A DNA stretch of 64,000 nt from Eledone cirrhosa (GCA_964016885.1 OZ024742.1:156364001-156428000); one strand, 5' to 3'; counted from the stretch's first letter, positions 28,505 through 43,741 are shown. Translations and numbers: made by a program. The notes: generated from the sequence alone by a model not told the origin.

Positions 28505-29260
28505 TATACATATATACACATATACGCAACACACACACACAGAAATAAATATCTAAAAATAAAAAAAGGTGGGTATGTAAAGGGTAAGGTGGAAAGTAGG
28601 GGTAAATAAGGGAAATAAATGACATAGGAAAAGGTTTAAATATAAGGGGAGATTAGGGAGAAAAAGAATATAAGTGTATAGACACAGGACAGGTATAAAA
28701 TCAGGTGTTATGCACATGTCGCTTCTTTTAAACACTCCCTTAAAAGAACAGCAACGGCTCTTGCAAATACGGTGTTGGAATTCAAGGATAGAAACATCCC
28801 GTACTCTATTGATTAGTCTATTTGAGACCATTCGAGGGAGTACCAAAGGGGCACAAAGAATTGGTCTTTGTGTACACTGAAGAAATTTAGGATTTTACAA
28901 AACTTTAAAGCCACTTCAACTTGCCTGAACTCCTAGACCGATATCTTCAGATGTTGTCCTCACCTGAAATCACATCTGATCTGTAACTGGATTGACATTC
29001 CTACGATAACTCAACCACCTTGTACTTCTTCTCTGCTCTCTACGCCTTACATCCACAACGATTTTTTTACCTTCTGAACTCCCTTTCTGAACTCTTATAT
29101 TTGTTTTCTCCCTTATCTCCCCTTATATTTAAACCTTTTCCCATGTCATTTATTTTCCTTATTTACCCTTCTTTTTAACTTACCCTTTACATACTCACCT
29201 TTTTTATTTTTAGATATATTTATTTCTCTGTGTGTGTGTGTGTGCGTGTGTGTGCGTTGC

Positions 29261-29278
<18 letters not shown>
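28505..29278. repeat. Element with ~150-bp terminal inverted repeats (28505-28665 / 29100-29278)
   Basis: TCTAAAAATAAAAAAAGGTG...AAAAGGTTTAAATATAAGGGGAGAT recurs reverse-complemented. Confidence 0.85.
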
Positions 29279-29312
<34 letters not shown>

Positions 29313-29320
<8 letters not shown>

Positions 29321-31045
29321 GATCGAGTATCGAAAAATCGGCGCACGAGTTCACGATAAACGAAATTCGATATGAGCGGCAGAGGGCTCAATAATTCAGA
29401 TGAATCAGAGCTATAACTATCGTTAAAATACCGTCACATATAGAACAAGTCTACAATCAACCATACGATTTAAAATCGATAAAGGAAGATTCGGGCCAAA
29501 CAGATAAAAAATATCAATAAAACAATACGTCAATAATTTAAATGAATGTAAAATCATACCCGGACCCACTAGACAGGTGTTAAATCTAGCTTCATGGGTT
29601 TCTGTAAATCCTTAGACTGTACTCTATCAGCTCACATATAAATATAAAAGCCTACTAGAGCAAGTGGAACGGAGGTTTACGTTATCAACGAGTTTTTTCC
29701 TGGCGGCAGAGGAGCCAACTACCAGTGAAAAACGCACATGGCATTAGACAAGGGAGATGACCCCTATATCCGCGAAAACAATTCGAGTGAATGTGGAAAT
29801 ACACATATCGAATTAGAGTGCTCAATAGACATGTTAAAATAAAACAAAAGCTATTCATCACTCAATAGAATCGACAAAAAATGAGCAATAAAATTAACTG
29901 GTGGATAGCTATGTCCAGAGCTAAATATATTAGAAAGATCGAGTATCGAAAAATCGGCGCACGAGTTCACGATAAACGAAATTCGATATGAGCGGCAGAG
30001 GGCTCAATAATTCAGATGAATCAGAGCTATAACTATCGTTAAAATACCGTCACATATAGAACAAGTCTACAATCAACCATACGATTTAAAATCGATAAAG
30101 GAAGATTCGGGCCAAACAGATAAAAAATATCAATAAAACAATACGTCAATAATTTAAATGAATGTAAAATCATACCCGGACCCACTAGACAGGTGTTAAA
30201 TCTAGCTTCATGGGTTTCTGTAAATCCTTAGACTGTACTCTATCAGCTCACATATAAATATAAAAGCCTACTAGAGCAAGTGGAACGGAGGTTTACGTTA
30301 TCAACGAGTTTTTTCCTGTCGGCAGAGGAGCCAACTACCAGTGAAAAACGCACATGGCATTAGACAAGGGAGATGACCCCTATATCCGCGAAAACAATTC
30401 GAGTGAATGTGGAAATACACATATCGAATTAGAGTGCTCAATAGACATGTTAAAATAAAACAAAAGCTATTCATCACTCAATAGAATCGACAAAAAATGA
30501 GCAATAAAATTAACTGGTGGATAGCTATGTCCAGAGCTAAATATATTATAAAGATCGAGTATCGAAAAATCGGCGCACGAGTTCACGATAAACGAAATTC
30601 GATATGAGCGGCAGAGGGCTCAATAATTCAGATGAATCAGAGCTATAACTATCGTTAAAATACCGTCACATATAGAACAAGTCTACAATCAACCATACGA
30701 TTTAAAATCGATAAAGGAAGATTCGGGCCAAACAGATAAAAAATATCAATAAAACAATACGTCAATAATTTAAATGAATGTAAAATCATACCCGGACCCA
30801 CTAGACAGGTGTTAAATCTAGCTTCATGGGTTTCTGTAAATCCTTAGACTGTACTCTATCAGCTCACATATAAATATAAAAGCCTACTAGAGCAAGTGGA
30901 ACGGAGGTTTACGTTATCAACGAGATTTTTCCTGTCGGCAGAGGAGCCAACTACCAGTGAAAAACGCACATGGCATTAGACAAGGGAGATGACCCCTATA
31001 TCCGCGAAAACAATTCGAGTGAATGTGGAAATACACATATCGAAT
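29313..31045 (-). mobile_element. 616-bp tandem repeat, 2.8 near-identical units, one large hammerhead per unit (retrozyme-like family C)
   Basis: GATCGAGTATCG at 29321, 29937 and 30553. HHRs at 29558-29693, 30174-30309 and 30790-30925. Confidence 0.9.
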
Positions 31046-31149
31046 ATATATATATATATGTGTATGTATATGTATTTATATATATCTGTATGTATATGTA
31101 TGTGTGTATATAATTGTATTTTATATGCTTCTGTTGTATTTGTGTCTGC

Positions 31150-31181
<32 letters not shown>

Positions 31182-31184
<3 letters not shown>

Positions 31185-32125
31185 CGAATTCCAAACGTGA
31201 CCATCCCCACTGAAAGTTTTCGTGAAATAGTATTTTCTAGAATATACAGAGCATTTGAAGTTTTTCCAAATTGAAGGATGAGTATTTTAAACTATATTTT
31301 ATCATGAGTTGAGGCACTCATGATTTTTCACTGGATTTCACTAAATTCTGTTGGATGAATCTATATCCTGATTCTTTTTCAATTATTTTTTCCCACATCT
31401 TACGTTAACTATTTTCCCATTTTCACGCTATAGTCACTTATATATTATAGAATACTGTTCGCTTCTTGCTACAATCATTTCTATATTTTTCATTTATATT
31501 TATACTCGGATTTCTTTCATAGAATGCTATTTGTGACTAATCCCGGTCTTTTTAAAAAAATAACCGCGATAATATTGCTTTTTGCTGAACTCCTTATTGC
31601 AAGTTTTTTTTCGGAATGTGTTTGACTGTTGTTTCATGTAAACAAACATTCGTCTCATTCTGACGTCACCAGCCCCGTTTCCGCATGTGCGTTTTGTTTT
31701 CATAATCACGCATGATGTGGAACTAGCCTGCTTTTAAATTCCCTTTTTGGCATATTATGATCAGTGAGATTTTGGATATCGTGTTGAGCTCTGCTGAGGA
31801 TCGGATTCCAACCGTGACCATCCCCACTGAAAGTTTTCGTAAAATAGTCTGTTCAAGACTATACAGAGCATTTGTAGTTTTTCCAAATTGAAGGATGAGT
31901 ATTTTAAACTTTATTTTATCATGAGTGAAGGCTCAATTGATTTTTTCCCTGAATTTCACTAAATTCTGTTGGATGAATTTATATCCTGATCCTTTTTGAC
32001 TTGAGTTTGAATTATTTTTCCCACATCTTACGTTAACTATTTTCCCATGTTGACGCTATAGTCACTTATATATTATGGAATACTCTTGGCTTCTTGCCAC
32101 AATCATTTCTATACTTTTCATTTAT
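31182..32125 (+). mobile_element. 617-bp-period repeat (1.5 units) with hammerhead motif at 31788-31869 (family D)
   Basis: CGTGACCATCCCCACTGAAAG occurs twice, 617 bp apart. GCTCTG-CTGAGGA...(G/A)AAA-TAGTCT..AGACTA-TA-CAGAGC. Third partial copy at 56451-56730. Confidence 0.82.
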
Positions 32126-32140
32126 ATATATATATATATA

Positions 32141-32249
32141 AACGGAGAAAATAAAACGAAATTTCATTTCTCAATCTTAGTACGGCTGTTACTTAAATAT
32201 AAGTATGTATACGTACATACATATTTGTATACAGACGTACAGTAGCATG

Positions 32250-32329
<80 letters not shown>

Positions 32330-32372
32330 CATACATGCACACTTATTTATATGTACGTATGGATTCACCGAA
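32141..32372 (-). mobile_element. Partial family B unit abutting the truncated 3' end of a PLE
   Basis: Reverse complement of the family B GGTGAATCCATACG...TAACAGCCGTACTAAG segment. Confidence 0.85.
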
Positions 32373-35281
32373 CGACGTCCTCCCGTGTAAGAGTTGGCTC
32401 TGGACACTAAGCTCCAAGTGAGATCATAGGTAATATTGTAATCCTTGAGGTCCCTGATGAGGCCCGAAAGTGTTGTGGCGTGACGCCGGGCCGGGTTGCG
32501 GAAGGTATGTCTGTGTTGCTATAGCCGTGTCTTGAAGTCGCATGCGGTTAATCCTATATAATCTTTGTTGGAGCTGTCCGTCCTCACGTTGCACTAGTAG
32601 ATCACGTTACGATATCTGCATCTGTTGTCGAGGGGCCAAATGGATCCATCAGGGCAGTTGCACCTCCTGGTCGGCTCTCCACTGCTATTTAGGTTATTTC
32701 TTCCATAGGGGGTTGAGTTTATTGTTGTTAGAGGAGACGATGTATTGTGCAAAGTTTGGTGTGGTTCTGTAGGATAGTTTCGTGGTATTTTTGTTAATTA
32801 TGTTGTGGTAGCGGTGTTGTAGTGGGAAGTGTTTTTCGATGAGCCTAAAGAAGATTTTCCCAATAGGAGTTGTCACCTCGGCGTTGAGGGGCGGATTGAA
32901 CCATATTACATTACGTGAGCGGCAGTGTCGCCTGCTGGCTCCGCTAATGGAAGCTGGACAGTAGGATATTTCCTCCCGGAAACCACTCCGCTTGAGGGCC
33001 TGGTTGTAATAAGGCGCATGTTCCTCGAATATCTTCTCATTAGCGGACAAACGAGATATGCGGAGGGAGATGTTTTTAACCAGGTTATTGGTGATGTTCC
33101 TAGGATGGTTTGACCTGCGGTGGATGTAGTGCAGATTGTCGTTGGGTTTCCTGTATGGGTAGTACAGATCATTATCGAGGTCAAGATTAACGTCCAGCAA
33201 GTTTACTCGGGTCAGGGACGTTTGTAGGGTTATTTTAAATCCCCAGTCGCGGAATAAGCTGATTAATTGTTTACGGTCTCGTTCTGTACTACTGAGGTTG
33301 TACCCTTTAAGGGTAAGGAGCCCATCATCTCGGTATAATCCACCGCCGAATGCAGGAAATGTATCGGTGTGTTTAACTAGTAGGAATAATCCTATAAGAT
33401 ATGTGACCTCAGCCGAATCCTTCGCGCCCATGCTGACTTCGAAGGGTGAGTCGGGAGCTCTTTTTATCCATTTGGAGTTGTCGAAGAGTAGGACTGTGTT
33501 CCTGGCGTGGAGGATGATGTTTCTTTCCTGGTCGGTGATGGGCGCAAGTGTTTCGGCAAATTCCAAGGCAGCCGTAAGTAGCGGTAAGGTAATTGTAGCA
33601 TGTCAAACTGGATGAATGTTGTGTCTCGTTTGTCCTCCATATTGCTGAACCATGAGATTACTTCCTGGGTGTTGACCCATAGGCTAAGTCTGGCGTGTTG
33701 CTTAACTTTTGGTATAACGCGGTCCAGGATTTTTTTGCTGTTTCTCCCTATGTCAGACTTCGTTGGGTTTATAAGCCTGATAGAAGGTTTACGGTAGAAA
33801 TCGTATTTGTGGTCCTTCAGTGTGAAGTAGGGTGTCCGTGGGTCTAAGGGTTCCGTACGGTCGGCGACCCCGAGGCAGGAGGTAATTTGTTGTCCATCTC
33901 GATTTATGTCCTCGATGCAGGAGTGGTTAGCCTTTTTATAGGTGGAGTTTAGGCTGCTCCTGATAAGTGTGTGGTATCTGTCGGGGTTGACGAAATAGAG
34001 GTTACCAGTTTTATCCGAGTGCTCCATGATGTCATTGGTGTTATCATACTTTGTTAAGTTGCTAATGTTCTTGACCAGTTGGAAAAGGTCATTCTCGAAG
34101 GATGAGAGAATAGGGTTCGGAGGGGGAGATTTGTAGGTATTAAATCCGAATCTCTCCTTAGTACCGATTGTCGAAATATATGTCGTAGAAAAAAGTGCTC
34201 CATCTATGTCTTTTCGCAAAGAGGTCGATTTTTTGCGTGAGCATCCGAAGGTAAAGTTTTTTCGGTGGAATTGGGTTGTTCTTGGTGGAGAAGTCGATGT
34301 TGTGTTTTCGCATGGTGCGGGTGAAATAACTTGTGCTTAGCGGAAAAGTCTGGATAGGGCGTGGTAGGGTCGTAAAGTGCTCTATTACGGGAATAGGAGC
34401 TAGATAACGAAGGAAATATGGTAAGGAACCAGATGGACCATAACGCACCAACGTACTCAATACTTAGGATAGTAGAGTGGGTAATAGGAACGAGTAGGAC
34501 CCCGACGGCTGAGCTCAAGCCGTTTCGACGGCTAATTCTGGACTAAATGAAAATGTTTATCGTCGTATATGAATAGCCGAGCTTCTCAGGGGGTAATTCC
34601 TTATATGGTAAAAGTGATTGTCACAAGGATTGGTCAAAAGTTTGTTGTTGAGACACATAATACTATCATGGCAATTTGTGGAGGGAAGGGGTAGCTGAAC
34701 CTGCCAGTAGAAGAACGGTGGAGAGGGGGTGGAGGAAACCTAGTCGTGCGTTGATAGTGCCAACTACAGCAGGGCAAGAGGTCAAGGAACTGTACTAGAG
34801 AGGGGGAGGAAGTCGAAACAATAAGTAAAACAATATGGGGTAAATATATAGAAGAATACCGAGAATGTTAAAAAACAATTAAATATTTAAAAAAAAAAAA
34901 TTTCTGGTTACTATTCCCTAACGGCAGCCATCAAGTCTCTCACTGCTACTGCTAGACTATAGAGAGTTGACTAGGTGGGACGGAATTATAATGAGACCCT
35001 TCTAAGAGGTAGTAGTAATCAACCGAGTATATCTTACGGTGACGGGTCACCAAGTGGGGGCGCCAAAATACTAAAGAAACTACCACGAAAAAATAAATCA
35101 GAGTCTCGAGACTAATACGAAATAATTTTGACCAAGCCTTGTGACAATCACTTTTATCATATATGGAATTAACCCCTGGGAAGCTGGGCTATTCATATAC
35201 CAGGATAAAAATATTCATTTAGTCCAGAATTAGCCGTCGAAACGGCTTGAGCTCAGCCGTCGGGTTCCTACTCGTTCCTAT
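32373..35281 (-). mobile_element. Naiad-like PLE, frameshifted (coding ~32375-34320), with 5' pLTR ~34483-34640 and inverted copy ~35126-35281
   Basis: YFTLKDHK..F.RKPSIRLINPTKSDIG, FIQFD, PFEVSMGAKDSAEV, GGLYRDDGLL, YRKPND, VIWFNPP, RCNC...VIY...DYIG. Confidence 0.94.
34500..34593 (-). ncRNA. Hammerhead motif in pLTR (C3/A8 mismatch in this copy)
   Basis: CCCC-CTGAGAA-..CGGCTATTC...GAATTAGCCG..-GAAA-CGGCT-TGAGCTC-AGCCG-TC-GGGG. Inverted, more mutated copy at 35173-35264. Confidence 0.78.
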
Positions 35282-35297
35282 ATATATATATAAATAT

Positions 35298-35715
35298 ATA
35301 TACATACTAGTGTACGTCTGTATACATATATGTATGTACGTATACATACTTATATTTAAGTAACAGCCGTACTAAGAGTGAGAAATGAAATTTCGTTTCA
35401 TTTTTTCCGTTTATCGTTTTCGGTACCCTGGGCGATTAACTCACTCGATATGCAAATTAGGCTGCTCAGCCGTTAATATGCATAAGGAAAGTATATACAT
35501 TCAGACGTTCAACCATCTGGCAGGAAGGTATACGTTGCTGACGATAGCTAATACGCTGGTAACTAGCACAGCGTTCCTTTGTCAGTGTTGAACAAATGAG
35601 CAACGATGGTTGTTAGACACTGTACGGCTTAATTCGGGATGTTGGTTTGCAAAAACACCGAGCATTATAATAAATGTTCGGTGAATCCATACGTACATGT
35701 ATATATATGTGTGCA

Positions 35716-35771
<56 letters not shown>

Positions 35772-36156
35772 CTACAGTACGTCTGTATACATATATGTAT
35801 GTTCGTATACATACGTGTAGTTAAGTAACAGCCGTACTAAGATTTAGAAATGAAATTTCGTTTCATTTTTTCCGTTTATCGTTTACGGTACCCCGGCCGA
35901 TTAACTCATTTGATATGCAAATTAGGCTGGTCAGCCGTTAATATGCATAAGGAAAGTATATACTTTCAGACGTTCAACCATCTGTCTGGAAGGTATGCGT
36001 TGCTAACGATAGCTAATAAGCTTGAAACTAGAACAGCGTTCATTTGTCAGTGTTGAACAAATGAGGAACGATGGTTGCTAGACACTGTTCGGCTTAATCC
36101 GGGTTGTTTGTTTACAAACACACCGAGCATTATAATAAATGTTCGTAAATCCATAC

Positions 36157-36193
<37 letters not shown>

Positions 36194-36197
36194 CATG

Positions 36198-36233
<36 letters not shown>

Positions 36234-36747
36234 CTACTGTACGTCTGTATACATATATGAATGTACGTATACATACGTATATTTAAGTAAAAGCCTTACT
36301 AACAGTGGCAAATGAAATTTCGTTTCATTTTTTTCCGTTTATCGTTTTCGGTACCCCGGCCGATTAACTCACTCGATATGCATATTAGGCTGCTCAGCCG
36401 TTAATATGCATAAGGAAAGTATATACTTTCAGACGTTCAACCATCTGGCAGGAAGGTATAAGTTGCTGACGATAGCTAATAAGCTTGAAACTAGTGCAGC
36501 ATTCCTTTGTCAGTGTTGAACAAATGAGCAACGATGGTTGCTAGACACTGTACGGCTTAATTCGGGATGTTTGTTTACAAACACACCGAGCATTATAATA
36601 AATGTTCGGTGAATTCATACGTACATATACATATATATGTGTGCATGTATGTATATATATATATACATGCTACTGTACGTCTGTATACATATATACATCT
36701 ACGTATACATCCTTATATTTAAGTAACAGCCGTACTAAGAGTGAGAA
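35298..36747 (+). mobile_element. Family B tandem array, about 3 units (465/462/436 bp), hammerheads each point-mutated
   Basis: Unit marker at 35361, 35826, 36288 and 36724. Cores near 35538 (GTAA for GAAA), 36003 (CTAACGA) and 36466 (GTG triplet). Confidence 0.9.
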
Positions 36748-38297
<1,550 letters not shown>

Positions 38298-38353
38298 AAT
38301 CTCTGTAACCTACATAGAGCAATCTTTTTCCTGGACGTTTCCGACTGAATTAC

Positions 38354-38900
<547 letters not shown>

Positions 38901-39135
38901 AAATTACCCATATTTTTGCAAAAGATTCAGTATGTGTATATCATACAAACATTTGCATAGATAGCACAAATCGAATAAGCACTCAACCAAGTAGTTTTAA
39001 AAAATAAAATTATGAAATTAATCTCTCAATAGAATTATTAACGGGATTGTGTAACCAACTTTGCGATTGACGCAGAGCTTAGTAAACGCCCATGCGTCAG
39101 TCACACACACACATATATATATATATAGAGATATA

Positions 39136-40160
39136 TACGTGGGAAAGTAAGAAATCGGAGAATAGACCGTTAAAACATGTTTATTTAAAACAGCAGCTAC
39201 GTACGTTTCGCCCAGTTGGGCTTCTTAATGGCATAAATAATCAAAAGTGTTCCTTATACTGCTCGGAAAGAGTGTTTGAGGTTAAATCCACGTCAAGGTT
39301 CATTGCTCGCAAAAATAGCTTGTTTTGATTTTGCAGCAGGTCAAGGGAGGAAACTCTGTCCGGTGTTAGGGCAGTCTTTCCCAGACAATTTGTTTTATCC
39401 GCTACGAGATGAGGTTACAACCTTACCATTGTCGATACGCATGTAATCAATGCTTATTTTGAGAGTTTCTTTTCGCCGCATCTGTTTGTCTGAGTCGTTT
39501 GAGAGTGGGTCTGGTATGCAAGGATAGTTTCTTGAGTGTTATTTTGCAGCGCCTGCCCGCTGGGTGTTAAGATTTGTTGCACCGAGATCCGGTGCACGGT
39601 TTCACTCCTCATCCTTAACCCATCTGAAGAAGGATATTTTTAAGCGTGGTGTAAACAACTTATCGCTGTTTCATCTCTGCTGATGATGAGCTCGTGGGGT
39701 CAGTTATGATGTGGTAGTGCTCCATGAGGCAAAGATCGCATTTGCTCTTGAAGTTTTACGGGGCAGCCCTGCCGACAATATCCCAGTGCGTGGAGACTGC
39801 CCTAACACCGACCAGAGTTACCTCTCTTGACCTGCTGCAAAATCAAAACAAGCTGTTTTTGCGAGCAATGAACCTTGACATGGATTTAACCACAAAAACT
39901 CTCTCCGAGCAATATAAGGAACACTTTTGATTATTTATGCCCTTGAAAAGCCCAACTGGGCGAAACGTACGTAGGTGCTGTTTTAAATAAAGATGTTTTA
40001 ACGGTCTATTCTCCGATTTCTTACTTTCCTACGTGCTTGCGCTCTGCTAACTCTCTCGCCCACTAAATATTAACACTTCGAATATTCAATACTGCCGGCA
40101 CTAGTATCGAGCACCGTTGGCATACGCTACTTGGCAAATAACTGCATGTATCACCTATCC
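39136..40160. mobile_element. Solo PLE pLTR in inverted arrangement (39136-39800 minus, 39803-40160 plus). Hammerheads at 39193-39232 (-, mutated) and 39939-39978 (+)
   Basis: Homologous to 1-680. 39136-39370 is mirrored at 39803-40035. GCCC-TTGAAAA-GCCCA-AC-TGGGC-GAAA-CGTACG-TA-GGTGC. Confidence 0.9.
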
Positions 40161-40162
40161 TC

Positions 40163-40333
40163 GCACAAGGCCAGCAATTATCCAGTACATTACTGGTACT
40201 TTATTTTATCGACCCCGTAAGGATGAAAGGCAAAGTTGACCTCAGCGGGATTTGAACTCAGACCGGAAAGGGCCGTAATTCTGGGCGTCAAAGCATGATA
40301 TCCTCCCCTCTACCGATACTGCCAATCCACCAC
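40163..40333 (-). mobile_element. SINE
   Basis: Reverse-complement match to the SINE consensus. Confidence 0.9.
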
Positions 40334-40524
40334 CCTTATATTTAGTAATAGTAATAAATGTGAAGACTAAAATCCAAAGAGGGCTCGATAAGCATATATA
40401 TATATCAAATATATAAGAACCGTGGAGCAAATATTTATTAAAATAACAGATTATAGCTTAAGCAAAGAATCGCTGCCCCGTTAGGGTGAAAGCCGCGATC
40501 CTTTGCTTAAACTGTAATCTGTTA

Positions 40525-40648
<124 letters not shown>

Positions 40649-41265
40649 CCTAAAAATCAATTAATTATAATTCGTACTTAGAATTCATTAGAAGTAAAAA
40701 ACAATCAGCCATTCAGTACATACTGAAGGCTAATGTTTGGCAAACCCTCATATAGTTATGCCGCAAAACATGAATGGATCATTCCCTGTTGCGGAGTATG
40801 TATTCTATATTGCATTATATTAACAATAATTTAGTTACTTACTTCCTTCCAGCAACACTGCTTCACTGCGTTTGTGTCAGAGAAATTGAGATGATCTTCA
40901 ACAAGTAACACAAATGGAACCAATGCCAAATAGAAAATATTTATTAGAATTCAACAGTAATCAGTTTTATAATGGATTGTCATATATTTACTCGATATAT
41001 ACCATAGCTGGGTCTGTTGATATCGCAAAATTGCTATCATCACAAATGTTCAGATTTAATACCTAAAATAGATACCTACTATGAAATAATATTAAATATC
41101 CTCTCATCCTAATTGGTATGAATTAAACGTATACTATTTCAAATAGATCTTACGAAACACATGTTCTTATGATTTAAATGACATATCTAAAATTGTGACA
41201 TTCATATCTTTTTGAATTCTGTTGCTTAGTAAACGAAAAAAAAAGCGTAGAATGATATTCAAAAT

Positions 41266-41457
41266 AATTGTTTATACTTTTGGTACAAGGCCAGCAATTA
41301 CCCAGTACATAACTGATACTTAATTTTATCGACCCCGTAAGGATGAAAGGCAAAGTTAAACTCAGCGGGATTTGAACTCAGAATGATAAGGGCCGTAACT
41401 CTATGCGTCAAAGCATGGCGTCCGACCCTCTACCGATACTGCCAATCCACCGCCCTC
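41266..41457 (-). mobile_element. SINE with 16-bp target-site duplication
   Basis: TGATATTCAAAATAAT at 41253-41268 and 41458-41473. Confidence 0.92.
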
Positions 41458-42499
41458 TGATATTCAAAATAATATTTTTAATTTTGTTTGCATAATGGGA
41501 AGAACGATTTGCAGCATTATGTATATGAAGTATAAACTACTACTTTCTCTGTACATCTGTTTCTCTCACTCTCCCACTATACGTATATTCCTTTCTCTTT
41601 CTTTCCTGGTCTTCTTGTCTCTACTACTTTATATTTCACTTTCTCTTTCTCCACACCTTCTTGTATCTGTTGATCTTTGTTATATATTTGACTATTCACA
41701 CACTAATCATTATATTTTTGAGAATTCAGCTAAGTCTTTTTCCTTACAGAGGAGAACACATGAAGGGAGTTCAACTAAATTGTAGTTTCATTGAACATGC
41801 GTTTTGCTCCTAGCTATTCCGTTATTCAACATTATGATGTATGAATTAAACGGATATATGCTTCATGTAAATTGTAGAGTCTTTTCTTGTCATTGTTTTA
41901 ATGATATATTCTTTGAATCCAAGAAAAAGAAAAAAATTACTGAATGTAGGAATCCATACGTGAATTCATCGTTTCTTTGAAGCCATAGTTATATGCTTCA
42001 TCTATAAAGCGTACGTAATTATATATGAGTTTGGGATATAACTGGATATTAAGTTAACTGATTATCTTGAAATGAAATGAGGCAACATAACAGATTGATG
42101 CTTTATCCAAACTGATTATGTTACGTTTTAGAAAGTCAGCTTATCTATCTATAAGTATAAAAATATCGATGTGTCCCTGCAGAGATATGTGATGCATATT
42201 CAAATATATGTTTGGCTTTCAGTAAAAAATTACCAAAAACTCGTATATTCATAAACATAAATTTTGATTTTGTGAATGCTTAATATATTAACAATAAACA
42301 ATTGAACCACTTAATGAAAATAATTCCAATGTTCTTGCTTTTGACAATGACAACTCCAGACAAAACGTCTAACTGAAGACTTTTAAAGAGGTTCGCAGAT
42401 TTGGAGGTTGAACCACCTGATCTCTGACAGCACTGGGAGAGATGGTACCATTTTCTTTTTTCCTAAATCATTTCCGCTAATCTGGCTATTTTATAAATT

Positions 42500-43480
42500 A
42501 GCCGTATAACAGCACTTGACCTGGGATTGTCTTGGAATCATGTTCATCGAACGCTGCTCTTACGTACCCGTTAAGTTCCTCAGGGTCTGGTGTGCTACGG
42601 ATCTCAACGTTAATTCAAATTTGGGCCCACAGGAAGCTAGCCCTGATATAAATGGTAGATATGACGAACATTACACCCATTAAACATTACCATCTAAGTG
42701 TCGCTCCTTGTCACAGTTTCCGCCTATGGATCAGGTTTCACCAATGGAGCAGATCATCTACAAACATCCTGGAAGACTCGTGATGGTGTGGCTGAGAAAG
42801 TGCTAACATGCGCTGATGATACTGCATGTGTAAGTGTTCCTAATGTGAGAACATGTGTGGCCACCTATTGTCAGCTGCGTCTATCCACAGCTCAGCTTTT
42901 TAATTGAGGTGTAGTCTGATGTAAAGTAAAGATGGACACTGAACGCCTCAGCATCAGGAATGTTTTATATCTGTTGGGAAACACAATGAGTGTAAATCTC
43001 ACGTTAGCTTTCCATGGAGAGATTCTGAGGGCCAAATTCAACGATGTTCTCGGTGAAACTCAAGACGGAAACGATATAACCATTCTCTTTTGGGGTAATG
43101 TTCGATATGGGATTTATTGACTAATCGATGACGTTACAATGCAAAGTGGGCAGGGAGTGCACTGACGGTTTAAATGAATCGCTTCAATCATGGAAAGTAT
43201 GTTCGACGAACTTCTCCGAGATGCATCTAAATGGATGAATCCGTTCAGCAGACACTCATACAGTATGGTTGACCCATGAAGTTTTTTCGAACAGCTTTTG
43301 TCACGTCTGAGATGGATCCGGCTATCGTCCGAAACTATCATGAAGATCACCCCGCCGTCTTCATTTCGCCGGTAAGGAGAGACAGCCTTTCTCTGTGAAG
43401 TGTAATGGATGTGGCTGACATGACTGAAAATAGACAATTTCATCTTCAGCCAAGCCCTAATAGACATTACAGGAAGGTGG
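42500..43480 (+). mobile_element. Highly degenerate RTE (BovB-like) LINE RT/C-terminal fragment
   Basis: LTCADDTA (YADD motif), then YLLG..S...EI.RAK, then LNRFNH, in the expected order. Confidence 0.6.
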
Positions 43481-43741
43481 ATTCGAGAGGGAAGTAGTGA
43501 TCCCTAGTACATTTCTTAAAAGGTGGGTAAATGTAGCGAAATATGACTGCGTGAAAGATATAAGACACCTATCTCCTTTTGCACTCTGTGGCTTAATATC
43601 TGTTCCCTTCAACAATTAATGCGTGTGATTTCAGAGAGGAGAATAATACATTCCTCTTATATTACTCTTGGGTACTAGGGTGGGTTTTGATATGTTAATT
43701 TCCACAATTAATGCTGGAAAATTCAGAGAGGAGAAGTAAAT

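Noticed and set aside
29622-29631. CTGATAGA (minus strand) as the hammerhead core of the 616-bp unit
   Set aside because: It has an extra nucleotide, no helix I partner, and is not conserved in relatives. TTGATAA at 29682-29688 fits all three helices.
29313-31045. Possible CRISPR array or coding repeat
   Set aside because: Whole units are repeated with no unique spacers, the context is eukaryotic, and there is no long ORF.
32560-32690. Selenocysteine (in-frame TGA at Cys sites), as reported for some Naiad elements
   Set aside because: The Cys motif in this copy is encoded by ordinary codons (CNC...C). No TGA was seen there and no SECIS was identified.
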